This document shows positions 26,749 to 40,887 of a stretch of 64,000 nt of DNA, piece by piece. The DNA comes from Amoebophrya sp. A120. Taxonomy: Eukaryota; Protista; Dinoflagellata. The stretch is taken from NCBI GenBank assembly GCA_905178155.1, contig CAJINV010000013.1, forward strand, positions 1,546,833 through 1,610,832, given 5' to 3'. Numbering within the stretch: position 1 is the first letter of the stretch; the number at the start of each line of letters is the position of its first letter. A program made the position numbers and the translations under genes. The notes beneath the pieces were generated by a model. That model was not told the origin of the DNA and did not search any database. It worked only from the letters and a program-made list of their open reading frames with translations.

Positions 26749-29700
26749 CTACTGTCTTCGCGATGGAGCGAAACGACCTCGTCGCGAGCTTTTTTCCCTG
26801 ATTCCATAAAAGTGCTCGGAGTGGTAGTAATTAAAAGCCGGGTCTACGCCGTAGTCGTCGTTAGCAACGGAAAGCTGGGATGTTGAACCACTGGGAGCAG
26901 GAACATCACCAGCGGCAGGGTGCCCGTCAGCCTCCCCTGCTGCTTTATTTCCTCCAGTAGCGTCCACACCGTCGAAGCCCCGGATCCGGCACGTAACCCA
27001 GTTGAATTGGTTTGTCCACAAGTTGGACACTTTTCTTTCCAGCAGCTGCTTCCGATTTTCCTCCGCGATCTGCTTCAACTCCGACCTGGAAAACGCGCTG
27101 CTCCCCCGCGGCTTGTTCATCAGCACGGCACTGTTTCCGCCGGCTTTTCTCAGTTGCTCGGCCAAATCGGCGCCGAGAAATTCCACTTTCTGCTGTTCGC
27201 TATCGGAGAGACCACCCAGGTCCTTCGCGACAGGACGATTATATGGCGATGGTTTGGGGAAGTACTCCTTCATCACGTGTAGGTCTTGCCAAATGTTCTC
27301 GGACTGGATGAACATCTTCTCGGTGAGCACGAGTGCGTGGTCGAGATTGGGTAATTTTTCCTCTATCAGGTTGGGCAGAATCACGTCAGCGTCGTAGACG
27401 AACGCGATGTCGCTCAGGTGTCGCGCCCCCGAAAACACCGGCGGCCCGCAGATGTCGAACAGAATCAGGTTCGATACCTGCCGCATCTCCTCGAACAGTC
27501 GAACCAAATCCTGGTGCTTCTTCAAAAACTGCGGACTGCTCAGGTTCATCTCGCCGTCGTCCGATTGATGCCCTCGTTGCTGAACTTTCATTGCATTGGA
27601 TGACCCGCCAGCGAAGCCGGTACTGGCACTTGCTGAAAGCGGAGAGGACTCGGGGGCTCCCGAAATTGTGCTAGATCCTCCACCCGCACCGGACATTGTG
27701 GGCGGCAGCAAGTACACCACGTACTGGACTTGCCCGCTGGGGTCCCGCCAGTTCTGCGCCGCCTGTTGGAAAAAGCTCGCCAGCTTCTCGTGTTGCGCCT
27801 TAGTGCTCGTCGAAGGGGTTGCACTTCCGGAAGGCTGCTGCAGCGGTGCGACGACCGTTCTTGGCACCTCGACAGCGTCGGGATCTTCCTCGGGACCAGT
27901 CTGCTGTTCTCCAGATGTCAAGACTCTGGGGCGCGCCTCCTTCCGGTCCTGAAACACATCAGCGCGGATCAGCATATCTTTCTTGTTATCATCTCGTTCC
28001 GCGGCGGAGTGTTCTACTTGTTCGGGCAACTGTGACTTTTTCGTCCATTCTTTTTGCCGGTGCGCGTCGTGGGTCTTTCGGGGCAGCTGCTGGTCTGACT
28101 GCTTCACAAGGACCTCGTCAACGTCGTTGTTCTCGGCTCTAGAAGGATCGCTGAAGATTTGCTCTTTTCTTCTGTTGTCGATCTCGTCACCATGTTGCCG
28201 CTCAGCTGGAGTTTTTACGACTTCCCTTTCTTCATCAACCGCTCCTGCTTTTTCATTATTTCCCACTCCGGCTGCCCGCGCTGAAGACCAGGAGAAAAGA
28301 TTGAAAAACTTGCCGAAATGCTTTCGAAAAGATGTAGCCCCGTCAGCAATACAACCAGGAACAAGGTGCTCGGCTTCAAAGGAGCTGCCAAATGTTGATT
28401 TCCTTTCCGTTGGTATCATCGGAAAAAACTTCTGTTTGAATCTCCGAAACCAGTCGCTGAAAAAACTCCCAACCGGATCCAGCACGGTGGATCGGAGGGG
28501 ATAGTTGACACGCCTCGACGCGCGACCGATCGTGAACAGTTGATGCAGTTTATCTTCCAAGTCTAGCGAAGATATCTCTTCGTCATCGCGGCTTTCCTTT
28601 TCTGAAAAACTCTGGTTTGCGTTCTCTTCAAGATGAGTATTCATCTGGTGGCTCCTCCGCGCATTATCATACCGGTCCTCGTGCTCATTTAGATGGTTTT
28701 GCTCCGCGACAACGGCCAGATCGTCGTCCATCAGGTCCGCATACTCGTACAGTGCGTCTTCGTCCTCGCTCGCGTGCATGTTCACTGCAGCGAGGGACGT
28801 AATATCAGCGGTGTTCTGGTGGTACAACCCAGCCCCCAACTCGGTGCGCTTTGCATGATCTTCGTCGTCGTTTTTTGATATTCTGTCTCTGTAATTATTG
28901 CTGTAATGAGAAGCTGGTGGAGGTCTATTTCCTTCGACCGGTGCATCCTGCTGTGCTGGTGGGCCGCCCCTAGCACTGCCGTTGCTGGTCGCAGTGGCTC
29001 CTGCAATAGAAATTCTTCTAGTGCCGTCCCTTATAATTGAAGGGTCAACTACATACTTCTCCGTTGTTCGCCTCTGCTCGTGCAGCGTTCGGTCGACTCG
29101 CGAATCAAAATCTTCTTTTGCGTCGTCCATCCGGAGGTTGCGCTCGTCGACGTCACTCCCATCTTCCTCTTCCTCTGTGTCCTGGTTCGTCATGGTATCG
29201 CCCACAGCTGTCCCTGGCGATGAATTGGTCGTCCGAGGATTCGGATCCGCTTTCGCCACCACAAAGGGACTTTCGTCGCGCCTTCCCTGTGGCAACGACC
29301 ACAGCACCGAGCAGATGTGCTTTACAACTTCCGTGCGGTCGCTATTGGTGGCGGAGATCAAAGACACGATCAGTTTCTTCTTCTTCGGGTTCGGTGCAAC
29401 CGTGTTGAACGAAATGCGCTCCTTGCGCGGCCGATGCAGTACCTGCTTGTAGTTCCGGGTGTTTTTATCTGGTAGTGTCCCCTGGTTCTGGGTCGCCGAT
29501 GATGTTGAATCTATTTTTATTCCAGCACTACTTTCTGCAGTAGAAGTCTCTTTATCGCCATCAACATGGAAATTATCTTGTGGATCTTCATCCTCTTCGA
29601 CGGAATTGTAGAGCAGCGTGTGATCTTCTTTCTGCATGTTTATTTTATGCGATGAAGCAGGAGCACTATCTGCACTTTTGCTTTTCGCTGTTGTACTACT

Positions 29701-30624
29701 TGCGCCGGCTTTTTTTACATCGTCTCCAGCCTGCGAGTCGTCCTCCGATGTACGACCTTGATACTTGTTTCGCTGCGCTGCATCTGAGTCCTGCGCGGAG
29801 GCCGTGTCCACCGGCGTCGTTCCGCCGTCGTGCAGTACTGGCGCAGAGGTGGCACTGGAAGCGCCTGGGCTCGCGTCGCCATTTATCCCTCCTGCTGATG
29901 ATGAGGTTCCAGTGCCACCCCCGTCTCCAGCGTCATAGCAGTTCTCTTCTTCGCTGGTTCCGGAAAGCGGTTCTCATGAAAGTGCACAACCCCCCTTCCA
30001 CAACTTTTGAACGGCAGCAACGGCAAGAGAATAAACTGGCACGAAAAACATGCAGCTTTTGCATGTTGACAAGTTCATCGTGCGCAGCAACATGTAGTAC
30101 TGTTTGGGCTTCCGGATGAATCTGTCATGCAAACCGTGGCCCCAGGCAGCGATTGGCTTTGGGATTTGGCAGAACAATTGAGGGGGATGGGGATGGGGAG
30201 GTAATGTGCACTCCCATATTTCTTCCCCCAACGACATTCCCCCAGCGTGCAGCAGCCCCCCGTCCTTGCTGAACCGAATCCACTGGGATAGCATGCTTTT
30301 CCCCATCTCCCAGGCCATACTGGAGACGTAGTTCCTATCCGCCTTCCCTCTCGCGGTCGCCCCATTTTTGTTACTGTGCAGCAGCTGCTTTTCTAGCAGG
30401 GCCGGCTGCGACTCTTCCCCAGGCGGGTAGGAGAAATAACTCAAATAGAGCGCCAGGAAAACCTGGGTCAAAAACAGCACGCCGAAGCAGGTCGCGGTCA
30501 CTGTCCGCACGGAGAAGACGGCTTTCGCCACCGCACGACAAAGCAGGGAGGCCCAGGGTGGAATGGTGGCAGAGAAAGTTCTTGCAGACGAAGAGGCCGG
30601 CGGTTGCTGCGAGAACGAGGACAT
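26749..30624 (-). CDS. Large (~1208 aa) type II membrane hypothetical protein; one IE; may continue into exon 26095-26508
   Basis: N-terminal TM segment (CFGVLFLTQVFLALYL); IE removal joins MSLGEE-TLSGTSEE...VDTASAQ. Confidence 0.7.
29975..30218. mobile_element. Introner element, family C-like, divergent
   Basis: CATGAAAGTGCACAACCCC / GGGGAGGTAATGTGCACTCCCATA; flanks GTTCT/TTTCT; frame restored. Confidence 0.75.
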
Positions 30625-31613
30625 GTCGTCAGTCGATAACGGGAAGTTGATGTGGAGATAATACGTAGCGCCCCCACTTCGACTCTCTCCAGCAAGAGCG
30701 CACTTGATGGCGAAGAAAGAAAAAAGGAGGGTGTGATATTTCTGCAAAAAGAAAAACAAAATGACAACTGTGTCCTCTTTTACATTAAAGCTGCAAACGC
30801 GAACGGAAACACAGAAAGTGACCGAGAAAATCTTCTTTCAAGTACAGGATAGGAAAAAGAAGAAATAGATACTGAAACAACAAATACTAGACGTTTTCAC
30901 CCGAACACCAACACCATCACCCCAAAAGCCAAACAAACAAGACCACTCTGCTGCTTGGTTGCAGACGCATGTACTCGAGAAATCAGGTGCAGCAGGCAGA
31001 CTTCAGTGCGCATGTCGGAGGACAACTGCAGCCTTAATATTTTGCTTCATTTTTCGATCCTACTTGGAGTAAGCTGAGGAAAAGAGCAAGCTGTTCAGGT
31101 CCCGGCCTCTTAACCATGTAAATGCGAAAGTACCCGTGCTATACCAACTTGAACTCTCCTAATTGTGGGTTTTTTTGTATGTCTTTCTAAGAAAGTGTGA
31201 ATTCGGTAATTTTGGAAAACATAGCCGCCTTATTCCTAATGCAATGAAAGACGTCCGCGCCTCTGTTTTCAAGTTTTTTCGTCGCAGCAAATTTTAACTC
31301 TCGACAGTGACACAAAAACTACGAGAACTCTTTTCTAGAAGGGGTAGGGAGACAAAAAATACCCAGAAGTATAAATAATGAGGGGTTTGCTATTGCTGGG
31401 AAAAAGCACGACTAAACAGTGAACAAAAATCAAAAACAATGCGTAAAAGCAAAACACAAAAAACAATGTGCTATAAGTACAGAAAATAAAGCGAAACTGG
31501 AATATAATCACCGGAACGAAATAGAACAATTATTGCCGCGGGGGGAATAAGTTAGTAACATCAAGACCGGACCAGGTCCTATTCCGACACGGTGCCGTAC
31601 AACGTCCGGGCCT

Positions 31614-34506
31614 TCAATAACCAGCGTCACTGGAGGCGCTGCTGCTGGCCCCACTCCCATACACCGTGGACTTGGGTGATTCCTCCTCGCCAAGATTGAG
31701 GCCGCCATGCTGCTATGCATTGCAAAAGCATATCGTACTAGTACAAAAACAAATTGCATGACAAATTTTTATCAGAAAAAAAAATGCAAGATGCAATGCT
31801 GATTCAGCTATACAAACTAGATTTGTCACGCTGCACTGCAAAATTAGTACGAGTACGATACTTTTGCAGAGCGTAGCTGCACCGGAAAGGTGATTTTGCT
31901 GGGGTGTCGGTACTTCTTCTTGACCACAATGCTCTTCCCCAGCGCGCTCCTCTCGTCTTCGGACGCACTGGTATCCCCATCGGCCGTTTCGAAGATGATT
32001 TTCTGCTCCTCCGCGGTCAGCACGAGTTCCTCCTCCTGTGGATCGACTTTGTCCACTTGGCGGCCGAAGGCGGTGAAAAGGAAGCACCCGGCGCTGACGA
32101 TAAAAAACGCCAAAATTTGCCACGAGGTCACCGCGTTGTGAAAGATCAGGACGGACAGCAGGGCGGTCGCCGGCGTCTTCAGGTTTCCCACCACCATCAT
32201 GGTGGTGGGCCCCACCCGGCCGATCAACAAAAAAGCCAGCAGGTTGAACAGTGCGGCGAAGGACGCGGACCCGGCAAGCCACAGGGCCCCAGCGGCTGGC
32301 AGCTTCGTCATTTCCACCCAGGGCCGGCCCCCCTCGTAGTGGGAGGACGCCAGGAGGAACAGGACGAGGGACAACGGCGAGGAGTAGAACAGCAGGGTAA
32401 TCGGGTCCAGCTTCTCGTGCTCATTCGTTCCGTCAATCAACATGCCCTGCAGCGCCGCTTTCAACGCACGCAGGAAGGCGGAACTCAGGCTCACAATCAC
32501 GCCGACCTGTGAATGGGTTGAGAAAAAAATTCTGGACGCCTTCTTCATTCGCGCAAGCAGATGATGCTGAGGCAACAAAGAAGTAGTCGTACTCAAATTC
32601 ACAAACAACTTTCATCAGGCGCAGGCCTGCTTCAAGACAAAGGCACAACACAACCTCGTCAATTTCGCCGAAGTATAATCTCTGTCGTAGCTAGTAGTTA
32701 TACCGGAATTTATTTTATTGGTGAAAAATAAGGACAAGAGCTCTACAGCTAGTGTCGAAGTACATTCATTAGTATGAACAACCCAATCATGATCGTTCAT
32801 AAGTACCCAAACGAACGTTTTCTCCGCGGACTGTTCGCCCCAGGCCGCCAAAGCACCGCCGGCGCACACCGGAATGAGGGCCAAGTAGGCCATATCAAAT
32901 GTAAAAATGTCCGGGTCTGGAAGAATGCCAGACTTGTCATGCAGGTTTTTCATGACCCATGAGGTCTGGTATGTAGGACATAGCATGACAAATTCTGTGC
33001 GAGTCCGAGTTCTTTCATGCCTATCCTGCATGAGAAACTGCCTCTCGGTTAGGTCAAAAGTGGACAGCTTTTGGCAATCATGCAACACAGATTTCTGCAC
33101 GATCCAGATTTAGCATGACAAGTTGCTTTGTTCCAGACCCAGACATTTTTGCATTTGATAGGCCACCAAGTTGTAGCGCTTGGACATCAAACTGACGGCG
33201 CAGAGGACGGACCAAATGGGGGTGGTGTTCTGCAGCATTTGGTGCAGCGACGGGTACAGGTACAGCAGCGCCACGTTGCCGCAAGCAATCGACAAGGCAC
33301 CCAGCACGCAGAACGGCGCAACGCGGGCGGACGTCCGGAAGTACGCATACGCTTTCTCGCCGAAGGTGAGCGGTAGTTGATGTTCGGCGGAAGAGGAGGT
33401 GGAGGACCGGGCCGTGTTACTATCTTGGTCCGTGATCGCCGCCCGTCGCTCTCTCGCTGCCGGCAGCTTGTCTTTCTGGAACCACGCCACGCAGATGGCG
33501 GACAGGACAAAGGAAAACAACATGTGCACAGTATCGAGCGCAAATACCTCGTCTGGAAGATCTGGAATACTGCCATGCTTGTACTGCTTGTGCTTGTCCG
33601 GCTTTGGCATGACAATGATTTTCACGAACACAATTTCAATGGCAAGATGCATATTGCGGAAAAGCGGGAATTTCGTTTCACGACTTGCCGTGCGCAACAG
33701 GCAGCTAAAAAATGACTCAGCGGAATTGCATTAGACAATTTTAATTACGGTTTTTACTTCTTGTCGTGTAGATATTTCTATGCCTATTCGCAGCCGCGCG
33801 TGCAAAAAGAAGTAGCATCACACCCTTCCAGACCCAGCGGTACTATTTGCGAGGCATACATGGATGTGACAAACAAGGGGTACTTGAACCCATGGGAAAC
33901 GTACAGGATTTTGACGGACGTGGACATGAACATGGACACGAGGAAATTCGCCAGCACCACCAGAAGGGTCGTCCGCAGGTCATAACTCTGATGGTTGTAC
34001 GTGTATTCGAATGAGGACCATCGTACCGCACTGGTGGGAGCAGCCCCCGTGCCCGCCGACGCAGCTGCTGCTCCCGCTGCTGCAACATTAATATCCTGCT
34101 CGTGGTTGATACTTCTGTAGTTATCCGCGTCCTCGGGGCTGCCACTGCTGTTGCCTTCGTCCCTGCTCATCTGCTCGCCCAAGTGGCGAATTCTATTTCT
34201 GCTCGTACTTGTGGTGTTTCCCGAATGGACAAGTTGTGCACGACTTCTGTCGAGATCTAGATCCTTCGCAGCGCTATGGTGCATGTAGAATTCATGGGGT
34301 TGAGCAGCAGCAGTACTGTTTGCACTTCCACCGCGGCTCTTGTTCGGAGTACCAGGGGGTGCCCTGTGGTCCTCCTCCCGCTCGCTCGGAGAGGTTGACA
34401 ACACACCCCCACCAGCATTGATCACACCGACCGAGATCTTGCGCTTCGAACCCTGCACCGGGGTTGCCAGGTGCAGATTCATCGCACTCCCGCGGCCCTG
34501 AAACAT
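31614..34506 (-). CDS. Triose-phosphate/nucleotide-sugar transporter family (TPT, SLC35E-like), ~604 aa; 3 IEs plus one GT-AG intron (~32507-32812)
   Basis: KILYVSHGFKYPLFVTSM-HM, GNVALLYLYPSLHQML..TTPIW, GGALAAWGE, LLFYSSP and VGPTTMMVVGNLK are typical TPT motifs across multiple TMs. Confidence 0.9.
31714..31875. mobile_element. Introner element, short distinct family (162 bp)
   Basis: TATGCATTGCAAAAG..TATCGTACT TIR; perfect GCTGC direct repeat. Confidence 0.85.
32893..33160. mobile_element. Introner element, family A
   Basis: TIR; perfect GGCCA direct repeat; joins YNLVA-YLALIP. Confidence 0.92.
33532..33858. mobile_element. Introner element, family A-like, divergent
   Basis: Weak TIR; flanks CACAG/CATGG; element+5 restores conserved VTSM-HMLF. 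Confidence 0.75.
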
Positions 34507-35747
34507 TTTGATTTTCTTAGAAGTGTAAAAAACTCTATAATGAGACTTCGCAATGATCAGGCTGACGGCAAGATACAAAGAGAAACAAACCGTGACTTTT
34601 TACACAAAAAAATCGTTAACAATGGAAATGGATTCTAAAGGCTGTGGGAATAATGAGTGAATTTCTAAAGAAGTCATGACTTTTATCAAAAGGAAATGTA
34701 AAAGGGGTTGAATCACGTTCCACTTCGAGCAAGGGTGCCCTGTAGTCCTGGAGAAAATAACAGCTCAACAAGCACAAGAGCAAACAGAAGAAGAAGACGA
34801 AAAAGGGTACTTAATACATTTTACACAAATATCAAGATTTAAGCATTCATTTGCAACGCACGATTTGGTGGACGAAACGAGAACGAGGTCTTTTATGCGA
34901 CAACTACACCAATTTCAACCGACAAGAAGCAAAACCATTCTGACAAATCATCATTCGCGCACGTCGCTTGGAATTCGGACGAGAAAGAGAGAAACGAGTC
35001 TCAATTTTGATTTTTTTTCACATGTTGGGAATAATAAATATGTGAAATAAAACGAAAAAGTTGTACCTATTGAAAAACCGAAAGAAGAATCGTAGAAACC
35101 GAGAAAGCAGGAGATCAAGATCCTGTGCCGCCACGCGTTTTTGTGCCTTTCGTAGCGAAGATGCAAAGAGAACCGAGAAGAAAGAAACCGAGATGTACAG
35201 AGCGAGACGAAAAGCGAACGAGGTTGCGAAGTCGTTGTACGAAAAATAAACGACCGCGGTCCACCTTCAAACGAATTGTACCGGCAAAGTAGTATACCTG
35301 CGAACGAAAACGCAGCGCGTCGAAAGAAGACTGGCTGAAGCAATAGCAGTGTTCCTGACAGAAAACGAAGACGAACCCAACCAGAACAGAATCAATACGG
35401 AAATAATAAAACACGCAAGTTGATGGCATTCAACTTCGGCACCTTCAAGATCGGTCTTGACTATATTGTTCCATAATTATCCTCTATTTGTACATCTTCA
35501 GGAAACGTCGACAACCAAGCGATCCTGCCTCCACGTATCATTTTTGCCTTCTACTTTCGACGATTATTCTGGTCGTGACAACGAAGTTGCTTGGACTCTT
35601 AAGTGCCACATTTGAACCTGAACCATCAATCTTTCAAGTCGAGATTACGTCTCGCCAAAAGCATTTTCTACTGTACCTAGTACACGACCTCAAGGTAGGT
35701 CTAGCTCCTGTGAAAGTGAATCGTGCCGCGAAAAATATAAAAATATC

Positions 35748-38457
35748 TTACACGACCCGCCCGACCGCAACATCACCGAGTTCCTGTGCGACTTTTTGTT
35801 GCGTGCCGACACTCGCGCCGCGGTAGGAGGCGGGGATCAGGGCGTTGGCAAAGTCCATGTCGTTGTTCACTTGTTTGGTGTGGATAAATTGGGCCATCTT
35901 CATATTACAATGAAAAATGCCCCCACCCCCGAACTTGGGAGCATTTGTATTGCAAACCTTTCCAAATGAAACATTCGCCCTCTTGCATCTATCAGCATCA
36001 CAGGATTTCAATCGCGAATAGCTAAAATTTGTATTGCAAAAGACCCCAGCAAGAGCGGCACTTTTCATGCAAGCGATGCGATACACGCCTACATTCTGCA
36101 TCAGAAAGATTCATACTCCTTTCATGTATGACAAAAAATTTTCATTTGGGAACTTCGCATCACAAATTTTTGCAATTTAGGGGTGGGGGGCACTTTTCAC
36201 TGTAATACTTCATCGCCTCCTTTAGTGTCAGCTTGTACCGATCCTCCTCGTCAAACTCCTTGTACAGGAGGTACCTGTTGTGAAAGTGGTGATACTCTTT
36301 TGCCTATTGTTTCCATGGTACCCATGAAGATGCAGGCAGCAGCAGGAAAACGAAAAACGAAACGCAAATCAAAACTATAACCGCCTAGGAGGACATCAAG
36401 CAATCAAAACATTAACCTGTTTGCTCTAGTACCACTGAGTATTTGTCAGCGCAGGGATTGGCACGTCGAAGTATGAAAAGAAAAGGAGACAAGAAATACT
36501 AAGTCACCCAACACTGTAGTTTTTCACTGCCGTTGTCTGAGTTCACAACAAGAGCTGAAATTATACAGATGTTGACGAGAGTTGTGGAACGAGTCTCAAG
36601 CTTCTCCCACGCGGCTGCACGGCAGATATCGCCGATGAATAATCAGTGCTGGTGCCTACTTACAAACAAGACCTATACACAAGACCGTCACAATTACTGT
36701 GATCGGAACTGATAAATGCAAACTGACTCGCAGCAGCAACTTTTTTCGGGTGTGGGTGTCGGTCCTTGTGCTGGTTTGCCTCTAGTACATATGCATCAAA
36801 CACCAGTTTGGCGAAGGCCGTGATCTCCCCCTTATTCCACGTGATATTGCCGTCTCTATCGCTGTCATTCTGTTTTGTATTTGAAAACAACAATTTGCAT
36901 CACGACACACACATCTAGATAGGAGCTACCTACGCAGATGCACAAGATTAGAGGGAGGTGAGAAACAGAAAAGCTTCTATTTCGTCCGAACAGTAGATCA
37001 AGGTTGTTGCGTATTATATGTTTGGAGCGAATACCGCCTGAAACTATCAAATGTAAGAATGTCTGTGTCTGGATGAGTACAAGGTTTGTCATGCATATTT
37101 TCCATGAGGCATGATGTCTGTGATGCATGCCTAGCATCACAGATTCTGCGAGAGCTTTCTGATGCTCCTACCGCATGAGAAATCCCCTCTTTGCGTAGCA
37201 ACAAGTGGACCTCTTTTCCTGTTCATGCAATATATACAGGTTTTTTTTAGCATCCAAATGCAGCATCACAAGTTGCACCCTTCCAGACCCAGACATTTTT
37301 ACATTCCATAGAAACAATCTGGTGACTATGTCAGTGTCGCCGGTGCTCTTCTCCCAATCATACATGGACTTTCCGCTCAAGGTGCCCCTCGTCGCCTCGT
37401 ATCAAATGTAAAAATGTCTGGGTCTGGAAGAATGCAACTTGTGATGCTGAATTTGGATTCCGAAAAATGTGTATTGCATGATGAGCAGCAAAGGCAATGC
37501 AATTTTTGCTACGCGGAGAGGGCATTTGTCATGCGGAACAGGCATCGCGAAGCATTCAAAAAATCTGTGACGCTAGGGCATGCTTCACAGACATCATGGC
37601 CAATGCAAAACATGCATGACAAGTCTCAGAATCTTCCAGACCCAGACATTTCTACATTTGATACCTCGCTCATCCGTTCCATTTCTGCTGACACCGGCTT
37701 GGACCCTTTAGACCCTTTTGTTATCTGTTCGTGCAACGGGATCAAGTGGTGCTGCGACGACATCTGCGAGATCGAGGTGCGAATCGTGTGGTGCGCGTGG
37801 TGGTCGGATATCCCCTGCGCCTTTTCCAGCGACGCCCGAAATTGCTATCCCGTGGAAATAAAGCAAAAGGAAAAACAAAACGCGTAAGAACCCGCGGGAG
37901 TCTTATGTATGATCGACCCCAGTGTATAGCCAACGACCAAAGTCTTGACGACTACTTCTTGTGGAAGCTGCAAATCCAGAAGACGATTGGCATGGCAATG
38001 CCAAGTGCCCCGCCGAGAATTATTGTTCTTGTTATAGTAATTCCTCTCTCTTTCCAGCACGTAGCTGCATCAGATTGTTTTCCCTCGCGGCCATGCCGAC
38101 GCCGTGTATCGTGTGTAGGTTCGCGTCGATCTCGTCATCCCCCGTGTTGATGGTGTGCGGCTGCGGGTGCAGGTTCGTGAGGAGATTTGGCGCGTTTCCG
38201 GCGTTTGTTGTGGCGGAAGTGAGCTTGACAATGGGTGGCAGGTGGGCAGAAGGGTCATCGTTATCGTTCACCAGCGAAAACCTCGTCGGCAGGGAATTCA
38301 GCTGGATCGGCTTGGGCTTGTAGTCAGTGAAATTCGTTTGCACCGCGTACGCAACTTGCAGACGAGGGTGCTGGATCACCTGGGAACGGGAAGGAAAAAG
38401 AAAGTGTTTTCCATGATTACACGGAGGTTGTGCAAGAACTACGGGAAAAAAAGTCAT
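35748..38457 (-). CDS. Multi-exon EF-hand-like protein (3 IEs plus canonical introns; boundaries approximate)
   Basis: Spliced RLFQA-NDSDRDGNITWNKGE (EF-loop-like) and LYKEFDEEDRYKLTLKEAMK-MAQF; IE joins are in frame. Confidence 0.55.
35903..36207. mobile_element. Introner element, family C
   Basis: TATTACA.TGAAAA.TGCCCCC TIR; perfect CTTCA direct repeat. Confidence 0.9.
37045..37310. mobile_element. Introner element, family A
   Basis: TIR; perfect GAAAC direct repeat. Confidence 0.9.
37400..37663. mobile_element. Introner element, family A (opposite orientation to the 37045 and 41732 copies)
   Basis: TIR; perfect CCTCG direct repeat; can be spliced as GT-AG. Confidence 0.92.
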
Positions 38458-39293
38458 ACAAATTTAAGTAAAATTCATGATCTGGGTCACACTGTACAGG
38501 ATCATGCTGACAACATACAATGAAAAACACAGTCCTCGCACACTACAGCTAACAGGTACTGGCTGCATCAGTTGCGGCAGGTCACCGAAGAGACTCGGGG
38601 TTTCGTCTGTCATTTTTTCTTGTTGTGAAGCTATAATGTAACTCAGATTCTAGATAATATCGGTATCCGTATGATCATACAGGTTTTTCTACTTCTTCAC
38701 GGAAACTCCTAAAACTGATGTACTAGTAATTCACTCTTCCACAATCACCAGATTGCGAAAGAACCAAAACCAGCACGTGAATCGGCCAAGCAATTCGCCA
38801 AGCAGTAGAACGGAAGAAACTTTAGCAGAGACCTCTCTTGCTTCGCTCAAGCAGGCGGAAGGACGTAACAAGCGAAAGCCGCCTCAGGAGCTGTGCCGCC
38901 AGTGCATAAACAATATCCAATGGCAACGGGACTGCTTCCGCATGTTTTCTTTGATCTACATAAGTAACGAAGACACACGACAGTACGCAAGACCTGGAGT
39001 GATGATTCGAACACGGAAAATGAAGATATGGTCGCCAGACACCATTTTCTCCTGCATCAGATGCACAGAGCGGGCGAATCCTACACATAATGCCTCGCGT
39101 AGAAAGGAAATGTAGACAAGGACAACTTGGTCGTGATACAAACAGTTGTAGGGGTAGGTCGAAGGGGGCACAAATACCTCTGCCTAGGAGGCCCAAAAGA
39201 CCGTTTGTTTTTTCCACTTTTTGGCGTCGAGTTTGTTCATCCTATGTATGTTGTAGTTGAAGTCCGTGTTTGTTTGTTGTCGTCAATACGCCA

Positions 39294-39706
39294 CTACATT
39301 CTCCTCTCTGGTGGCTTGCCGCAAGGTTGTATCATGGCCTGGATCTGGTTGTACCGCACTCTTGCTATGCTTTCGTTTTCTATCACCGAAAACAAAGCGC
39401 ACCGGTTAAACCTGATGGTGTAAGAAAGAGTGTAATTGACTTGTTTCACATCGAAAGAGTTTCACTTTCGTTTTTTTCGAACGCGCAAGCAAAGAAAGTG
39501 CATGTTACTACATCAACTAAAAAAAAAACTTACCTTGATGCGTGGCTGGCATGCGAGTCTCGGTGCACCGTGGTCATCCATTCCCATTTCGTGGTGTCTG
39601 GCCCCCCGCACCCGGTGTACTTACTCTGGATGTGCTCCATCTGGGCATGGAGGTTGAACTTCTTCAAGCCCATGTCCACATTCTGCTGTGCAACGTGGAC
39701 CGACAT
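39294..39706 (-). CDS. SF3B5: Splicing factor 3B subunit 5 (SF3b10/Ysf3), 96 aa; exons 39534-39706 and 39294-39411
   Basis: FNLHAQMEHIQSKYTGCGGPDTTKWEWMTTVHRDS...IENESIARVRYN..AMIQPCGKPP matches the SF3B5 family as I know it; canonical GTAAGT...CAG intron of 122 bp. Confidence 0.93.
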
Positions 39707-40887
39707 TTTCGGCTGTTCCCTTGTGGCTTAGCTTTAATAGAGTTGTAGGTACGCAGAATTTGATAGAAATAACCGAGTCAGAAGACTCTAGCTATTTTTC
39801 GTAGAGATAAAAAGTAATTGCGATTCTGGTCTATTCTTTGGGTATAGTACAAATTCAATCAACAGGCCACTGAAACAATCTATCAACGCGCGGCGTAAAA
39901 TGTTTTTCGTTTCCATACAGCTCACTTGCGACTCGCTTTTTGAACTTTCAACTTCCTGGTGGTGGACGGGTAATCTTATTCTTCAAGCATGATGATCGCT
40001 GCAAACATTACGAAGGAAACATATCTAAATCTATGGTTCTTTGATACAAAAAAGAAGGAACCTGGGCGGCGCAGGCCCGTGGCCGAAAAAATAGCGATTT
40101 TGAACTTTTCGAATGAAAGTAGGAGCTCTGCAATTTGTCTAGTATTCCTTCCTTGAAGAAATGTATTTCACGATCGCGATACATTTGGCCTTGAGCGTGG
40201 AAAGAGTTGCGTCAGAGCAGTCAACTTTCGACCCTTGGTTTGAGTATAGAACGAGGATCTGCGAAATCAAGAAGGTCGATCTGTCCTGAACTGCAGAATG
40301 TCGATGTTGTTGCAGCGCCGCATGCCAAATTGAAATTCTCGATCGATCGAAACTGGTTTTAATGATGGTTTTTCTGTAGTAGTACATCCAGGCAAGTAGA
40401 CGACGAACCAGAAGCAATCATGGCACCAGAAAGAACTCGTCGTCCCCGTCAGAAATATCTGCCATAAGGACAAAGAATTTGCTTCGCACTTCAATTCTTC
40501 ATCGTACAATCATGATCATGCGCAGAAGTTCCAGTTGTCGCACCAAGAATTATGGAAAACTATACTTACTCTTGTTACAGCCACTACTTTATAAATATGC
40601 CACCATCAATGTCGCCATGTCGCTTTTGTATTTTTGTCGCGTGTTCATCTTGCTCAGGGCGTCACCTGTTAAAAGTGAGGCTGTTGAGCTCTTTTCCACC
40701 TGATATATGTTGCGTCTTCTACACACCACAAGCCGGTCCCTTGAAGAGTAAAACGTCAATGGCATTTTGCCCTCTCTACTAAGTACTTGCTGGTCTCTTG
40801 TCCACTACTATATGGTCTATATTCACGGCACTACTTTTTATTCACCGCTGCTGAATCATTGTAAGAGACCTCCATGCATGCGGCTTT

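Noticed and set aside
37414-37887. Recurrent peptide MSGSGR...LPDPDIFTFD in many ORFs as a protein family
   Set aside because: It is the translation of family A TIRs, and appears on either strand and in different frames
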